From positions 22,382,001-22,446,000 of the forward strand of contig OX597829.1 in assembly GCA_951406725.2 (NCBI GenBank): DNA of 64,000 nt, given 5' to 3'. Below, in pieces: positions 13,360 through 26,498 of this stretch. The notes beneath the pieces were generated by a model. It searched no databases, had not been told where the DNA came from, and saw nothing but the letters and a program-made list of their open reading frames with translations. This stretch comes from Octopus vulgaris (Eukaryota). Numbering within the stretch: position 1 is the stretch's first letter; each line of letters begins with the position of its first letter. The position numbers and the translations under genes are program-made.

Positions 13360-16300
13360 GATTGTCGTCATCATCATTGTCATCGTCATTTAACATCCGC
13401 CTTCCATGCAGGCATTGGTTGGATAGTCTGACAGAAGCCAGAAGACTTCTCCAGGCTACTGTGTCTATTTTGGCAGGGTTTTATTGGCTGCATGCCCTTC
13501 CTAACACTAACCACCCTGCAGAGTGGACTGAATGCTTTTTATGTGGCACCATCACAGGCGAAGTCAGTTTTGTCATGGTTTTTACAGCTGGGTGCCCTAC
13601 AAAATGCTAACCACTTCACAGCATAGACTTTGTAGCACTAGCATACATACACACACACATGCATATATATATATATATATCGTTGCTATAATGCAAAAGA
13701 GTTGTAAATCCAAAAGGTTGCTTTTTCAGAAAATGACAAAATAGTTTCACCATTCCATAGCAGAACCATTGTACTACACTTTGACAATTTTTGATATCTT
13801 GGCATCCGAAGCAGCTGGAGATACTAAATAAAGTGATGCATGGCTTAGTGGCCAGGGTGTTGCATTCATGATCATAAGATTGTGGTTTCAATTTCTGGCC
13901 CAAGCAATGCGTTGTGTTCATGAGCAAAACACATCCTTTCATGTTGTTCCAATCCATTCAGCTGGCAAAAACAAGTAAATCCTGTGGCAAGCCAGCATCC
14001 TATCCAGAGCAAAGAATAAGTACAGCACAGAATCCAAGAAACCGACCTCAGGAGCCTATTGCTCACAAAGGGCCTTTATCCTTTTCTTCACACACACACA
14101 CATACACACATGTATATATGTTTGTGTGTTGTGTGTGAGAGCATATGTGTGAGTCTCTATGTATGTATGTGAGTATGTATCTGACCACTGAATACTAAAA
14201 GTCAGCTTAAGAAATTCACATTAGTAGCCAACCATGAACAACAGATCAGAGATACAACCAAATAGAAGACCAATCCCATTTAAATGCAAGCCAGTACCAT
14301 CTACTACCAGTCTGACATGCACACTCTTGCAGCACACACCATGGGTCTATCAGCCAGTACTAAATTCAAACCACAATGAAAAGAGGAGATGGCTTTGAAG
14401 TTAACAATTTTAAACTAACAAATTCAACACTTGTATATCACGTGAGGAAACACAACTAGATCTCATTATGCAAAAAAAAAAAAAACAGTTGCATAATCAA
14501 ATACCTGAGGTTCTTGAAGAACTATGTTGTGTCAAAACAATTGCAGCAAATAATAAATAAATGTCAAAACCAAACTCCTTCTTCTTGACTCCAATTTCTT
14601 CAATTTTATATTCACACATGACAAATGCCCAAACTTGGAAGTATATAATATACTGATAGTACAGGACAATTCTGAAGGTGGACGAGCTTTATACTGTACT
14701 CTATCATGTTTCTAACAATATATAACTGTATGTATATTTATATAAGCTGTTACTTGCAAATTAGTCTGGCTAGGTAACATGTGCTATGCTATCTCCTAAT
14801 TGTTTTAGGGGACTGTGTAGTCATGAGCAGACATAGATTCTGTCTCATCCTCTTCACTCATCAGAACATCTTGGATGTAAGAGCTGAAGGTCAAGAGGAA
14901 TGCAACAGTACTCAGCTGGTACTCATTTCAGCTGTGTAAGACTGGAATAATGAAGAAATCAAGTGCTTTCTCAAAGACACAATGTGTTGCTCACACCAGG
15001 AACTGAACCCGTGACCCTATGGCCATGATCCCATCACACTAACTACTAAGCCATACACTTTCACAATGAACACACACTATTCTTTTATTAGTTAAGTCAT
15101 GAAGCATGACCATGAGTATAGGAAATGACCCTCAAAAGTTATATTTAGTCAACTACCCCAAAATTTTGTCTACTCCTTGTTTTCTCCGCCTCATATTGTA
15201 GAGCAGTAAAATCGCCCTGGGTGTGCATGAAAGGCCTGAAATTTTGTGGGAGGGAACTAGTCCATTACAGTGACCCCCCAATGTTTCACTGGTACTTAAT
15301 TTATTGACCCTGAAAGGATGAAAGGCAAAGTTGACCTCAGAGGAATCTAAACTCAAAACATAAATATGGATAAAATGCTGCCAAGCATTTCGCCCAGATT
15401 GCTAATGATTCTGCCAGCTCACCACCTTGATGATGATGATGATGATGATAATAATAATAATAATTTTTCAGATAGGTACAATACTTTTGTATTTGTGGCA
15501 GAATTATAATCTATTATATTGAGCCATCAAGACAGGAAGGACAAAAGGCAAATACACACACACAGTACGGCTAATATGTATTGATATATCTCTTGCTTGA
15601 TATGGTTGACTGATTCCTCATACTTCTATAGCAAAATTGATTAGGGGACTGTAAATATTCACAATAAAAAACAAGTTTGCTATTGCTACAAACAGTGTGG
15701 GTATATCCAGTTTACAGTCAACTTACAACATGGACAGATGTTTCAACAAAACTAAATACATCATCATCATCATCATCTTTCTAACATCCACTTTTCCATG
15801 CATGGGTCTGATAGAATTCACTGAGATACATTTTTCTATGGCTGGATGCCTTTCCTGTTGCCAACTCTCACCTGCTTCCAAACAAGGTTAATATTTTCTC
15901 CATAATCAGACATGTTTGCATGGAAGACAGGAAATGAATGATACAGCTTGTAAGACAGTATCGTTTGCTTACAACCACCATGCGTAATCAGGGCAAGGAG
16001 ACACAAACACACATACACATACATAGAACCATCTTTATATGGCCATATGCATGGTTTATGTATGTACGTATCCGAAATCTGTCTGACTGATGAAGTATGG
16101 AAAAATGGATGACAATCATCATCATCATCATCATTTAGCATGTTTTCCAGGCTGGCATGGGTTGGATGGCTTCATAGGAACTTGTAAGGCTAGGAGCTGC
16201 ATCAGGCTACCATAGTCTGTTTTAGCTTAGTTTTTACAGCTAGTTGTCCTTCGTAATGCCAACCACACCACAGAGTGTACTGGATGCTTTTTAAGTGGCA

Positions 16301-16510
16301 CCATTACCAGTGCTTTTTAAGTGGCACCATTACCAGTGCTTTTTAGTGGCACCAGGACCAGTGCATTTTACGTGCCACCTTGGTTTTAGGATCTCAGTTC
16401 TGTTATAGTGGGTGAGTCTTCTCATGTACAGTAATGATGATGATGTTGAATATAAACAAAGGAAAGAATTGGTCATAAATATTAGAAAAAATAGAAAATG
16501 CTGCACTTAC

Positions 16511-16571
16511 TTGCATTCTCCTGGTACCTCACAAGATCCTTGTGTGGGATGACAACCAGCAAGACATATTG
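16511..16571 (-). CDS. JAG1: Serrate/Jagged-like Notch ligand, EGF1 exon (equivalent to JAG1 exon 5)
   Basis: ctttttcag|CAATATGT...GAATGCAA|gtaagt; 61 nt, phase 1 to 2. Encodes (A)ICLAGCHPTQGSCEVPGECK, similar to JAG1 [21 protein letters not shown]. It is the C-terminal end of ORF 16507..16707. Confidence 0.93.
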
Positions 16572-16703
16572 CTGAAAAAGATTTAAAATACATATATATA
16601 TAGATACCGGAGTAAACACATAAATGTGAAACAAGGTGGAAAAAAGAGTACTCAAATACCAGTGGTAGAGTAATATGCTTTATTTTAAGCAGCAGAAAAT
16701 TCA

Positions 16704-16755
16704 ACAAAATCTGTTACTCTGAGTTTCTCGTTGCCGTTCATCAGACAGTTTTTGC
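16704..16755 (-). ncRNA. Minimal type I hammerhead motif (left arm of palindrome; sense in the Jagged pre-mRNA)
   Basis: Exact reverse complement of 16788-16839. Confidence 0.75.
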
Positions 16756-16787
16756 TAGAATGGAACTGATATATCAGTTCCATTCTA

Positions 16788-16839
16788 GCAAAAACTGTCT
16801 GATGAACGGCAACGAGAAACTCAGAGTAACAGATTTTGT
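16788..16839 (+). ncRNA. Minimal type I hammerhead motif (right arm of palindrome)
   Basis: gcaaaaactgt-CTGATGA-a cg gcaa cg a-GAAA-ctcagag-TA-acagattttgt. Extended stem I, GNRA-capped short stem II, near-palindromic stem III, GUA triplet. Confidence 0.75.
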
Positions 16840-17914
16840 TGAATTTTCTGCTGCTTAAAATAAAGTATATATATAGATAGATAGATAAATAGATAAATAT
16901 AGGGATGGTATTATTAAAATACCATCACAAGTGGTAAGCGAATTATTAGCCATACAGGCAAATTCTTAAAATATATATATATATATACAATATTAGATAT
17001 GTATATATATACATAAGGGTTCTAAATGAGTACCTATATCGCTCATGATAGAAGTAAAAAAATATATATAGATAGATATACATATTTATATTTATTTACA
17101 TATACATAGGTGTGTGAGTGTGAGACAAAGAGAGAGAGAGAGAGAGAAAGTAATAATTTAACAAACATGGATTAAATTAGCAACGAACTGAAAAATAAAT
17201 GCAATCGTTGATATGATTGACTTCAAGGTGGAGCCAACATGACTGCAGGTCACTGCTTGAAACCTATGAGAGAGCACACACTCACACACACAATCATCAT
17301 CATCACCATCATCATTTAATGTCCGTTTTCCGTGCTAGCATGGGTTGGATGGTTCAACTGGGACCTGGGAAGCCAGGAGGTTGCACCAGGCTCCAGTCTG
17401 ATCTGGCAGTGTTTCAACAGCTGGATGCCCTTCCTAACGCCAACCACTCTGTGAGTGTATGGCATTAAGGAAGGGCATCCAGCTGTAGAAACACTGCCAG
17501 ATCAGACACATAAATATTAAAAGGTTTGGAAGGTCACTGCGAAGTGTTCAGTTTTCCAATTCCAATAATAGATATTTACCCTACAAATGTGTTAAATTCC
17601 TTCTTACTTGGAGCTGGTACTATCAAGTGCATCCAAATTACACACGCACGACAAATGCAAACATCAGTTATATTAATGGTGATACTATGAAAACATTCTA
17701 CAACCAAAGCTTTGTGAGTGGATTTGGTTGATGGAAACTGAAAGAAGCCCATCATATATTTGTGTGTGTGTGTTCCAACCATCGCTTGGCAAAAGAGACT
17801 GATAGAATAAGTACTTGGCTTACAAAGATTAATTCCTGGGGTCGATTTGTTCAACTAAAGGTGGTGCTCCAGCATGACCACACTCAAATGACTGAAGCAA
17901 GTAAAAGAATATAT

Positions 17915-18487
17915 ATATAAATTAACAATTGAGGATAAAATCTTTAAAAGAAATTATCAGTAGTTAGCGTGAAAAATCTCGTAAGAGAAAAAATCTGTAA
18001 ATTTTTCCACTTTGAAAATATTTATTTATATTATATTGAGGGTACTACTATTCGTAGATACCACACGCTAAGAGGGACCAATTCGGTCATAACTACTAAA
18101 ATAAACAAAATTTTACCGAATACAAAACTTCAAAGCAAGTCATTTAAAAAAAGAATTTAGTTACATATCACCTGTGGTTTCGCAATTAATGCAGAATATC
18201 CATTCCATGTTCATCAGTGCAACAAGCTCAAGACATATAAGAAAAAACATAACGTTACAAACTCGATAGCCAACCGTAGAATTCGTCGTAGCATGTACAA
18301 ATGTTTATCTTTACATATCTATGAAAATGGCGGGCTTATTCGCAATGCATTTCGGTAACAAATTGCTTACTCGGAATAAAAGTTCAGTATTGAACTATTT
18401 CGATGAAAAATATAAATTAACAATTGAGGATAAAATCTTTAAAAGAAATTATCAGTAGTTAGCATGAAAAACCTCGTAAGGGAAAAA

Positions 18488-18518
<31 letters not shown>

Positions 18519-18814
18519 TATTTACAATTGAGGATAAAATCTTTAAAAGAAATTATCGTAAATTTTTCCACTTTGAAAATATTTATTTATATTATATTGA
18601 GGGTACTACTATTCGTAGATACCACATGCTAAGAGGGACCAATTCGGTCATAACTACTAAAATAAACAAAATTTTACTGAATGCAAAACTTTTTTAAATG
18701 ACTTGCTTTGAAGTTTTGCATTCGGTAAAATTTTGTTTATTTTAGTAGTTATGACCGAATTGGTCCCTCTTAGCGTATGGTATCTACGAATAGTAGTACC
18801 CTCAATATAATATA
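17915..18814. mobile_element. Tandem direct plus inverted partial repeats, Penelope-like pseudo-LTR architecture
   Basis: Unit at 17915-18153 is repeated directly at 18411-18691 (with an internal rearrangement) and then inverted at about 18692-18814. Near-identical ORFs 17969 and 18464 reflect the duplication. Hammerhead-like motif lies between the copies; TA flanks. Confidence 0.65.
18160..18223 (-). ncRNA. Hammerhead-like motif inside a tandem/inverted Penelope-like repeat
   Basis: Minus strand: gttgca-CTGATGA-acatggaatggatattctgcattaattgc-GAAA-ccacaggtga-TA-tgtaac. Stem I is 6 bp (one G-U), stem III cac/gtg with one mismatch, AUA triplet, irregular stem II. Confidence 0.55.
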
Positions 18815-21800
18815 TATATATATATATATTTATGAATGCATGTGTATTTATATGTGTGTGTATAAATCTTTAAATCTTTAAAATGTTTCAATTTCAGAGC
18901 TGCGGTCATGCTGGAGCATGAATATATATATAGATTATATATATGAATGTATTTATAAATACATACATACAAACATTGCTAAATGATTTATTGATGCAAA
19001 ATGAAAATATTGAGTCCCAGGTGCAAAAAAGAAGATGGAAATTTATTAGTATAGAGGATGGTAGGATAAATATATGCAGATAAACATAATCCTGTTTATC
19101 TGCTCACAGTTAAACACACACACACACACGAATGAGGTGAGAGAGAGAGAGAGAGAGAGAGATATTGAATAATATATATAGAGAGAGAGTGGAAGAGACC
19201 ACCACTAACTTCACTCAGAGATCCACCCCCCTATCCCCCACCTCCACCACAACTCTGCAATCATCATCACAGACCAAAAAGGGGAAAATGGGATATACAT
19301 AGAAAGAGACTTCAAGGAGAGGTAGGATAAAGATATGACTGAAGGGGCCACATCTACACCGTCAAGTTATTGGTTAGACACTTGATATCCTAGTTTCCAC
19401 AGAATAAAATGTATTTGTAAATATAAGTGTGTGTGTGTGTGCATGTATGTACATATTTGTGTGTGTATAAATATATATATAGAGATGTATACATACATGC
19501 ATACATACATGCATACACAAACACTGCTTCTAGAAGAAACAACTCAATACATGTGTGCATATGTGTGTACACACATGCATACATACATGCACACATGCAT
19601 GCATGCACACATACATTCATGCATGCATGCATACACACACACACACATACATACATACATACATACATAAATACATACATACATACATATTGAAACAGAC
19701 AGTAAAATTACGTAAGTCAGGGTCAGAAAGTTTCAGATATGGCACATATCAAGTTTGGTAAGTGCCACGCACAAAACTTTTCAGACACCTTCAAAACTTT
19801 CCAACCTTAAAAAGTGTGTCAGTTTTGAAGAATGTCTTACTCCTTGAAATTATCTCCCTTACTTGTTTGAATTTCAAAAACTTAGGCACATCAGAAAATC
19901 TCAGATTTTCTAAGTTTTCCCACCTTTTCAAACATGAACTATTCCTAGACATTAAGAATTTCTGAAAAATCTAAATAAAAAGCATTGGTATCCTTAAATT
20001 AAGCATAACAAACTTTACAAGATATTCAATAGTTTAAATAAAGAATTGCTCAAATTTGCTCAATGGTAACAAAATTCTACGATATCTGTTCTAAAGCATT
20101 AATTAGGAAGCTAAGACTGTGGTAGATAAGCTCAATATCAATAATCTGCCATTATTAACTAAATACCAAACATCAATTTGTAACTATCAAAAATCTTGAG
20201 GAGGATTTTCATTCTAAATCTAAAAGTAGGCTGACGCTGCTAAATCTGAAATCAATCTAGTAAGAAAAGAAGAAAAAAAGAAGATAGAGTAAGTTTGATA
20301 TATATATATATATATATATAGGCATAGGGGTGGCTGCGTTGTTGTATGTAGCTTGCTTACGAACCACATGGTTCCAGGTTCAGTCCCACTGCATAGCACC
20401 TTGGGCAAGTATTTTCTACTATAACCTCAGGCCAAGCAAAGCCTTGTGAGTGGATTTGGTAGATGGAAACTGAAAGATGCCCATCGTATATATGTATATA
20501 TGTGTGTGTGTGTGTGTGTGTATATGTTTGTGTGTCTGTGTTTGCCCCCCCCCCCCCAACATCACTTGGCACACTGATGCTAGTCTTTACATCCCCGTAA
20601 CTTAGCTGTTCGGCAAAAGAGACCAATAGAATAAGTACTAGGCTTACAAAGAATAAGTCCTGGGGTCGATTTTCTCGACTAAAGGTGGTGCTCCAGCTTG
20701 GCCACAGTCAAATGACTGCAACAAGTAAAAGAGTAAAGAGTAAAGAGTATATATAATATTAGCACAGCTACAAATCTCCAGTAATGGAACAATAGTAACA
20801 CTGAATTTGCCTTTTTAATGATATTGGTTTCAAATTTCAGCACAGGGCCAGCAGTCTTGGAGGAGGAGCCAAATTGAATATATCAACACTAGTGCTCAAC
20901 TGGTAATTATTTTATTGAACCCCAAAAGGATTACAGGCAAAGTCAGCCTTGGTGGAATTTGAACCCAGAATTTAAAGATGGCTGAAATACCACTAACTAT
21001 TTTACTTGGTGTGCTAAAGGTTCTTCCAGCTTGCCGCCTTCCTGTTTAAGAACAAAGTGTAGTACCAAATTTACTTAATTTGACATGAGTGGGTTTTCAT
21101 CTCTCTACCTCTAAGTCCTTATTATAGATTTTTCCCAAGTTATACATTATAACGAAGATATAGAAATAATATTGCCTGTTAGGAAAACAATATTCTATGA
21201 CAAAGTTTCTGCTTTGGTTAAGAAATATGACTTAGCCAGGTCTTTCAATGTAAGCATGAGTTTGTTGGACAGTTCCAAGGTGTGTTATTGAGATGTACAA
21301 ACCTTGTTGGTTTATACATCTCGGATTGATATTGGAAAAGATCCACTTTAGAATATTTTGGCCTATATCATAATAAAGAGTTAGCCATTTCCAACAATGC
21401 TAACAGACACACATTAAATAAACTAAGGGAAAAACAAGATCTAAATCTTCGGTACTTTAGAACGACTATGGCAGCGATAAAATTAACTGTAGCTGAGTTT
21501 TCAAGACATCATTCCTAACCTTAGCAACAGCCTATACAACCTTTAGAAGCACTTAATCAGAAGCTTGTTGACAGCAATACAAGATCATGTCATTCACCTA
21601 TTGTAGTCAAGAACCATGCCATATTCTTGTTATGAAGACTTGGAGTCAGAGAATTTAAAAACAAGTTAAATTTGGATTAATAATACACCAAGCTCTGACC
21701 CAAAAATTGTTCCTAATTTAGACACAAGGTCTGCAGTTTTGAGGGGTAGTGGTTGGTTGATTACATTGGTTCCAGTTCTTGACTGAAACTTTATTTCTTC

Positions 21801-21921
21801 AACACTGAAGAGTTGAAAGGAAAAGCTGACCTTAAAGGTAGAATATTTTGGCCGGATATGGCCGGTTTAAACACTAAAGGGTTAACAAGATATTAACTTA
21901 GAATGATAAAAAGCCTTAGTA

Positions 21922-21958
<37 letters not shown>

Positions 21959-24900
21959 CACACACATACACACACAAAGCAAAATCTCCTGAAGATTATT
22001 GTCCATACAGAAGCATTAATACTTTCCAGCCAAGTGAAACCTGCAAAGTTAAATGCATTATTTGTCCATTAAGCAGACATTTAATATTTAAGCTCCAATT
22101 AAGGCAATACTATTGAGTGATATACAGGGAAGACTGAGGGAGAATTTAAGATACATTATTATTTCCAGCTAACTAGTTTCAAAATTATTGAAAGATATAA
22201 CTTAGATTAAGCTTTCCTATTATATCTGATATATTTGAAAGACAGAGCTCTCAATTACAGTGTCAGAAGAAAATCCTTGAATGATTCAAGCCATATAGGA
22301 AGGGCATCAAGAAATGTGATTTATGTACAGCTTAAAAGAGTCCGATAGTAAAACATTCACGAGGTCATGTAACTTAGCAGTTAAGATATTGCATTCATGA
22401 TTGTGATTCCAAGACCAGCTAGTTCCTTGCTGCTTGCAATCATGTCAATGTCTGATGTGTGGCACACTGTGCATCTGTCAGGCAAAGCTGATTTCTTGTA
22501 GAGGGTAAGCTCATGCAAAGCACAAACGCTATAAGCAAATCATCGGTGCAGGTTGTTCAGTAAGAAACTGTGGAATCATCTTTCTCAGACTTAAGAGATT
22601 ACCAACTATCAAAAAGATACAAGACAACCAAATAATTACCTTAATTCTAAATTCAAAAAGCAAAAAAAAAAAAAAAAAAAAAAAAAACTGTTGGCATAAC
22701 AACAAATATATTATCCGACTCGTGGCCGATGCCAGCACCGCCTCGACTGGCTTTCGTGCCGGTGGCACATAAAATACACCAATCCGACCGTGGCTGTTGC
22801 CAGCCTCGCCTGGCACCTGTGCAGGTGGCACGTAAAAAGCACCCACTACACTCACGGAGTGGTTGGCGTTAGGAAGGGCCTCCAGCTGTAGAAACATTGC
22901 CAGATCAGACTGGAGCCTGGTGCAGCCTTCTGGCTTCCCAGATCCCCGGTCGAACCGTCCAACCCATGCTAGTATGGAGAACGGACGTTAAACGATGATG
23001 ATGATGATGATGATGATATTTCAAGGTCTTGATCTGAACTGCTTTGTAGGCATAATGGACAGATGACTACATTTTAACATCTGCGCAGCACTGTACCTTA
23101 AACTTCAGCTTTAACAAATCATGCATTCCGGCCATTCCTCATCCCTTGAATACCTTCCAACTTTATTTTCTAACTGCACTTTCCCAAATAATACATTCTT
23201 ACGTATATTTTCTTTTCAAATTTTTTTTAGGTGTTTCCCCACCCGTTTATTTTTTTCCTTTCTTTGTGCCAGACCCATCTCTGAGTCTCTCCATCTAGCT
23301 TCTCTCTGTGCACAAACCAATCAACCCAGTTATTTTAGCTACCACCCTATCTATCAGTCTATCTATCTATCTGTCTGTCTGTCTGTCTATCTATCTGTCT
23401 GTCTGTCTGTCTCTCTGTCTATCTCTCTATCTGTTATCTCTCTCTCTCTCAGTCTATCTAATCTATCTATTTAGCTATCTATCTATCTATCTACCTACCT
23501 ACCTACCTATGTACTTACCTAACTACCTACCTACCTACCTACCTATCTAAACCTCTATCTCTCTACATCTGCATTTGCATACGAACATACATGAGTGTGA
23601 GTGTTCAAGCACATGTGCATATATGTGCATATAAATGTACATACATAAGTAATTATATGTACATACATAAGTGTATGTATTTGTATACATATGTACACAC
23701 ACATACATGCTTCCAACCTGCCAGCCCACACTCACACACACACACTCTTTCTCTCTCTCTCTCTCTCTTGTGTTCTCTACCTTCTGTGTTTTATCTCTCT
23801 TTATGTCTCTCTGTCTGTCCCTCTCTCTCTCTCTCTTTCCCTCCCAGCCTTGCTCTGTTACAACAAAATGTTTCATATTACTTGTCTGTTAAAACATCAT
23901 CATCATCATCGTCATCATTAACAGAACATCGAAGCAATTCCTTCTATAGCAACAGCAGCATTTAATAGAAGCTGGAAATATTGATTGCACATCAATAGAG
24001 TTAACAATAGATATCGGCTGTACAAAGCCATATTCATAAGATGCCACCATGGAAATCTACATTACGCTCAATCTGAGTCAATGGAAAAATCTCATCACAG
24101 CCGCTAAATGCACTAGAAATAGAAACCAAATCTCTCCCAAATTTGTCATGATAAAAAAAAAAAATAATAAGAGGGCTGAAGGGACTGGTATACATTGGAC
24201 AATGTACTGTATTTTAGCATGTGTAAGGAACCCCCTAATTTGGGGGGGCTTAAAATTTGGAAAAGAGGGTTTTGTAAGGGATTATAATATTAACACATGC
24301 ATAACGGCGGTGCTCCAGCATGGCCGCAGTCAAATGACTGAAAGTAAAAGAGTAAAAGAGAGAGATAAGAAACTCCCATATTTTTTTAACCTAATTTTTG
24401 ACACAAAAATGGTTCCTTATACATGTTAAAATATGGTAATTCTGGATTCACTGGGTTGGGAAAAGAAACAGGGTGGTCATAGGTGGAATGTTTTTGATTA
24501 TTTGTCTGCTGGGCTGAGGACTACCTGGGGCTAAACAACAAATTACAGGGTGACACAGACAAACATGGAGGCTGTCATAGAAGTAGAGGTTTGTAGTATA
24601 AATATCTAAGTGGAATGGAAAGAGAGATCAATTTTTTTTTGTTTTTTAAATATTATTTCATGACATTTTTTTGTTTGTTTATGCTTGCTGACTTGGAATT
24701 GTTATGGAATTCTTTTGGAACAATTATTTTTACACCTGGATTCATATTCTGTTGCTAAGTTGTCAACTGTGGAGTAAAGAGTAGAAACATTTTCCCTTTA
24801 GGTAGAAAAAATGGTAATGGCATCAACAGAATTAGACATATTGCTTAGGAACACACCAAGAAAACAAAAATCTCTCTTGAGACGGATGTATAATAGTAAC

Positions 24901-25570
24901 AGAACTCTTATCCAGCTTCCAAAAATTTGCAAATACTGTGCAAGACTGTATTAATATATATATATATATATATTTACACACATAACATTATATATAGGTG
25001 TAGGAGTGGCTGTGTTGTAAGTAGCTTGCTTACCAGCAACATGGTTCCGAGTTCAGTCCCACTGCGTGGCACCTTGGGCAAGTGCCTTCTACTATAGCCT
25101 TGGGCCAACCAAAGCCCTGTGAGTGGATTTGGTAGATGGAAGCTGGAAGAAGTCCGTCAGATATATATATGTTTGTGTGTCTGTGTTTGTCCCCCACAAC
25201 ATCGCTTGACAACTTACGTCTCCGTAACTTAACAGTTCGGCAAAAAAGACCAATAGAATAAGTACTAGGCTTACAAAGAATAAGTCCCGGGGTCAATTTG
25301 CTCGACTAAAGGCGGTACTCCAACATGGCCACAGTCAAATGACTGAAACAAATAAAAGACTAAAAGAATATATATATATATATATATAATGTAGAGGCCA
25401 TTATTGATTTTGCAAGGTAAAGAATGGCTGTGAGAAGGATCGAGTTAAGTGCAAATAAAAGCAAGTATGTGGAATTGATGCCCTGTAAAGGCCTCGGAGT
25501 CTAAGTTTGAATATTTTGAATATTACTAAGTGTCTTCTATACTGAGAATCTCCAGATCTAATCTGTAGAC

Positions 25571-25602
<32 letters not shown>

Positions 25603-25613
25603 CACACACAAAC

Positions 25614-25654
<41 letters not shown>

Positions 25655-25988
25655 TGTATGTACATAATTTGATCTGTAAAACTGTTATTCCAAACTTGTT
25701 CTTTTCTCTCTCTCTCTTCATTTTCTGTCCTCTCCCTTTCTTTTGAAAGAGCATAGGCTGGAAACATCAAAGACTTCTTCCATTTTTCCTAAGTGTCAAA
25801 CTAATACATCCTGTTTGTTGTTCCCTCACTTGTCTCTGTCTTTTGTTGTTTGTGCATTTACAATGTAATACACCATATCCTGTATTGACTAAAAGGACCC
25901 TGTTTTGGGAGCTGGTTAGTTTCCATATGGTGAGTTAAACATAGTTTCATTCTGTACTTTTTAAGTGGATTAATAATAATTAAACATA

Positions 25989-26498
25989 CCGTAAATCTTC
26001 AAGTATAGTCCGCCCTTGAGTATAATACACAGAGGATTTTTAGGGAGCTGTACCTCTGAAAAACCTAAACCTTGTGTATAATACACACCCCTTCTCTAAC
26101 TTGAGTCAAGGAAGTCTATATAACATCCTTGGTTTGTAAAAATGTATACAGTAACATCCTTATTATTATTGAATATATAACATAATGCAAATGTGTAGCT
26201 TTTTTGTTTATTTTGTTTGCAAAAATAAAGAAATATCAGTAATAAAGTTTAATAAATGTTGCTTATTGCAAGTTATGGATGATTCTTTTATGACTTCATT
26301 GCTTTCAGGTTTAGCTTAAGGTATTTTCGCGTCCTACATCACAAAATGCATCTAAATAAACATTGCCGGACAGCAAATAGAGACTCGGACATTGCTTACA
26401 AAATATTTTTCATTTTCAACCTCATATATAGTATGCACTAGGGATTTTGACCTTTAAATTTTGGGGAAAAAATGCGGATTATACATGAGGATTTACAG
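25989..26498. mobile_element. Non-autonomous Tc1/mariner-pogo (Tigger-like) DNA transposon / MITE
   Basis: TA|ccgtaaatcttcaagtatagtccgc ... gcggattatacatgaggatttacag|TA. 25-bp TIRs match at 21 of 25 positions, TA target duplication, internal gtataatacac repeats. Confidence 0.8.

Larger units (their letters stand above)
16678..16865. repeat. Perfect 188-bp palindrome (94-bp arms, no spacer)
   Basis: Centre between 16771 and 16772 (gaactgata|tatcagttc); arms ctttattttaagcagcag... and ...ctgctgcttaaaataaag are reverse complements. Confidence 0.97.

Noticed and set aside
14290-14350. Cys/Trp-containing minus frame (DPWCVLQECACQ) as the next Jagged EGF exon
   Set aside because: Cysteine spacing does not fit EGF1-2, GWxG and PGC motifs are absent, and no convincing splice sites were found.
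21100-21660. Possible decayed retroelement coding region
   Set aside because: No recognisable protein motif could be read; needs a translated search.
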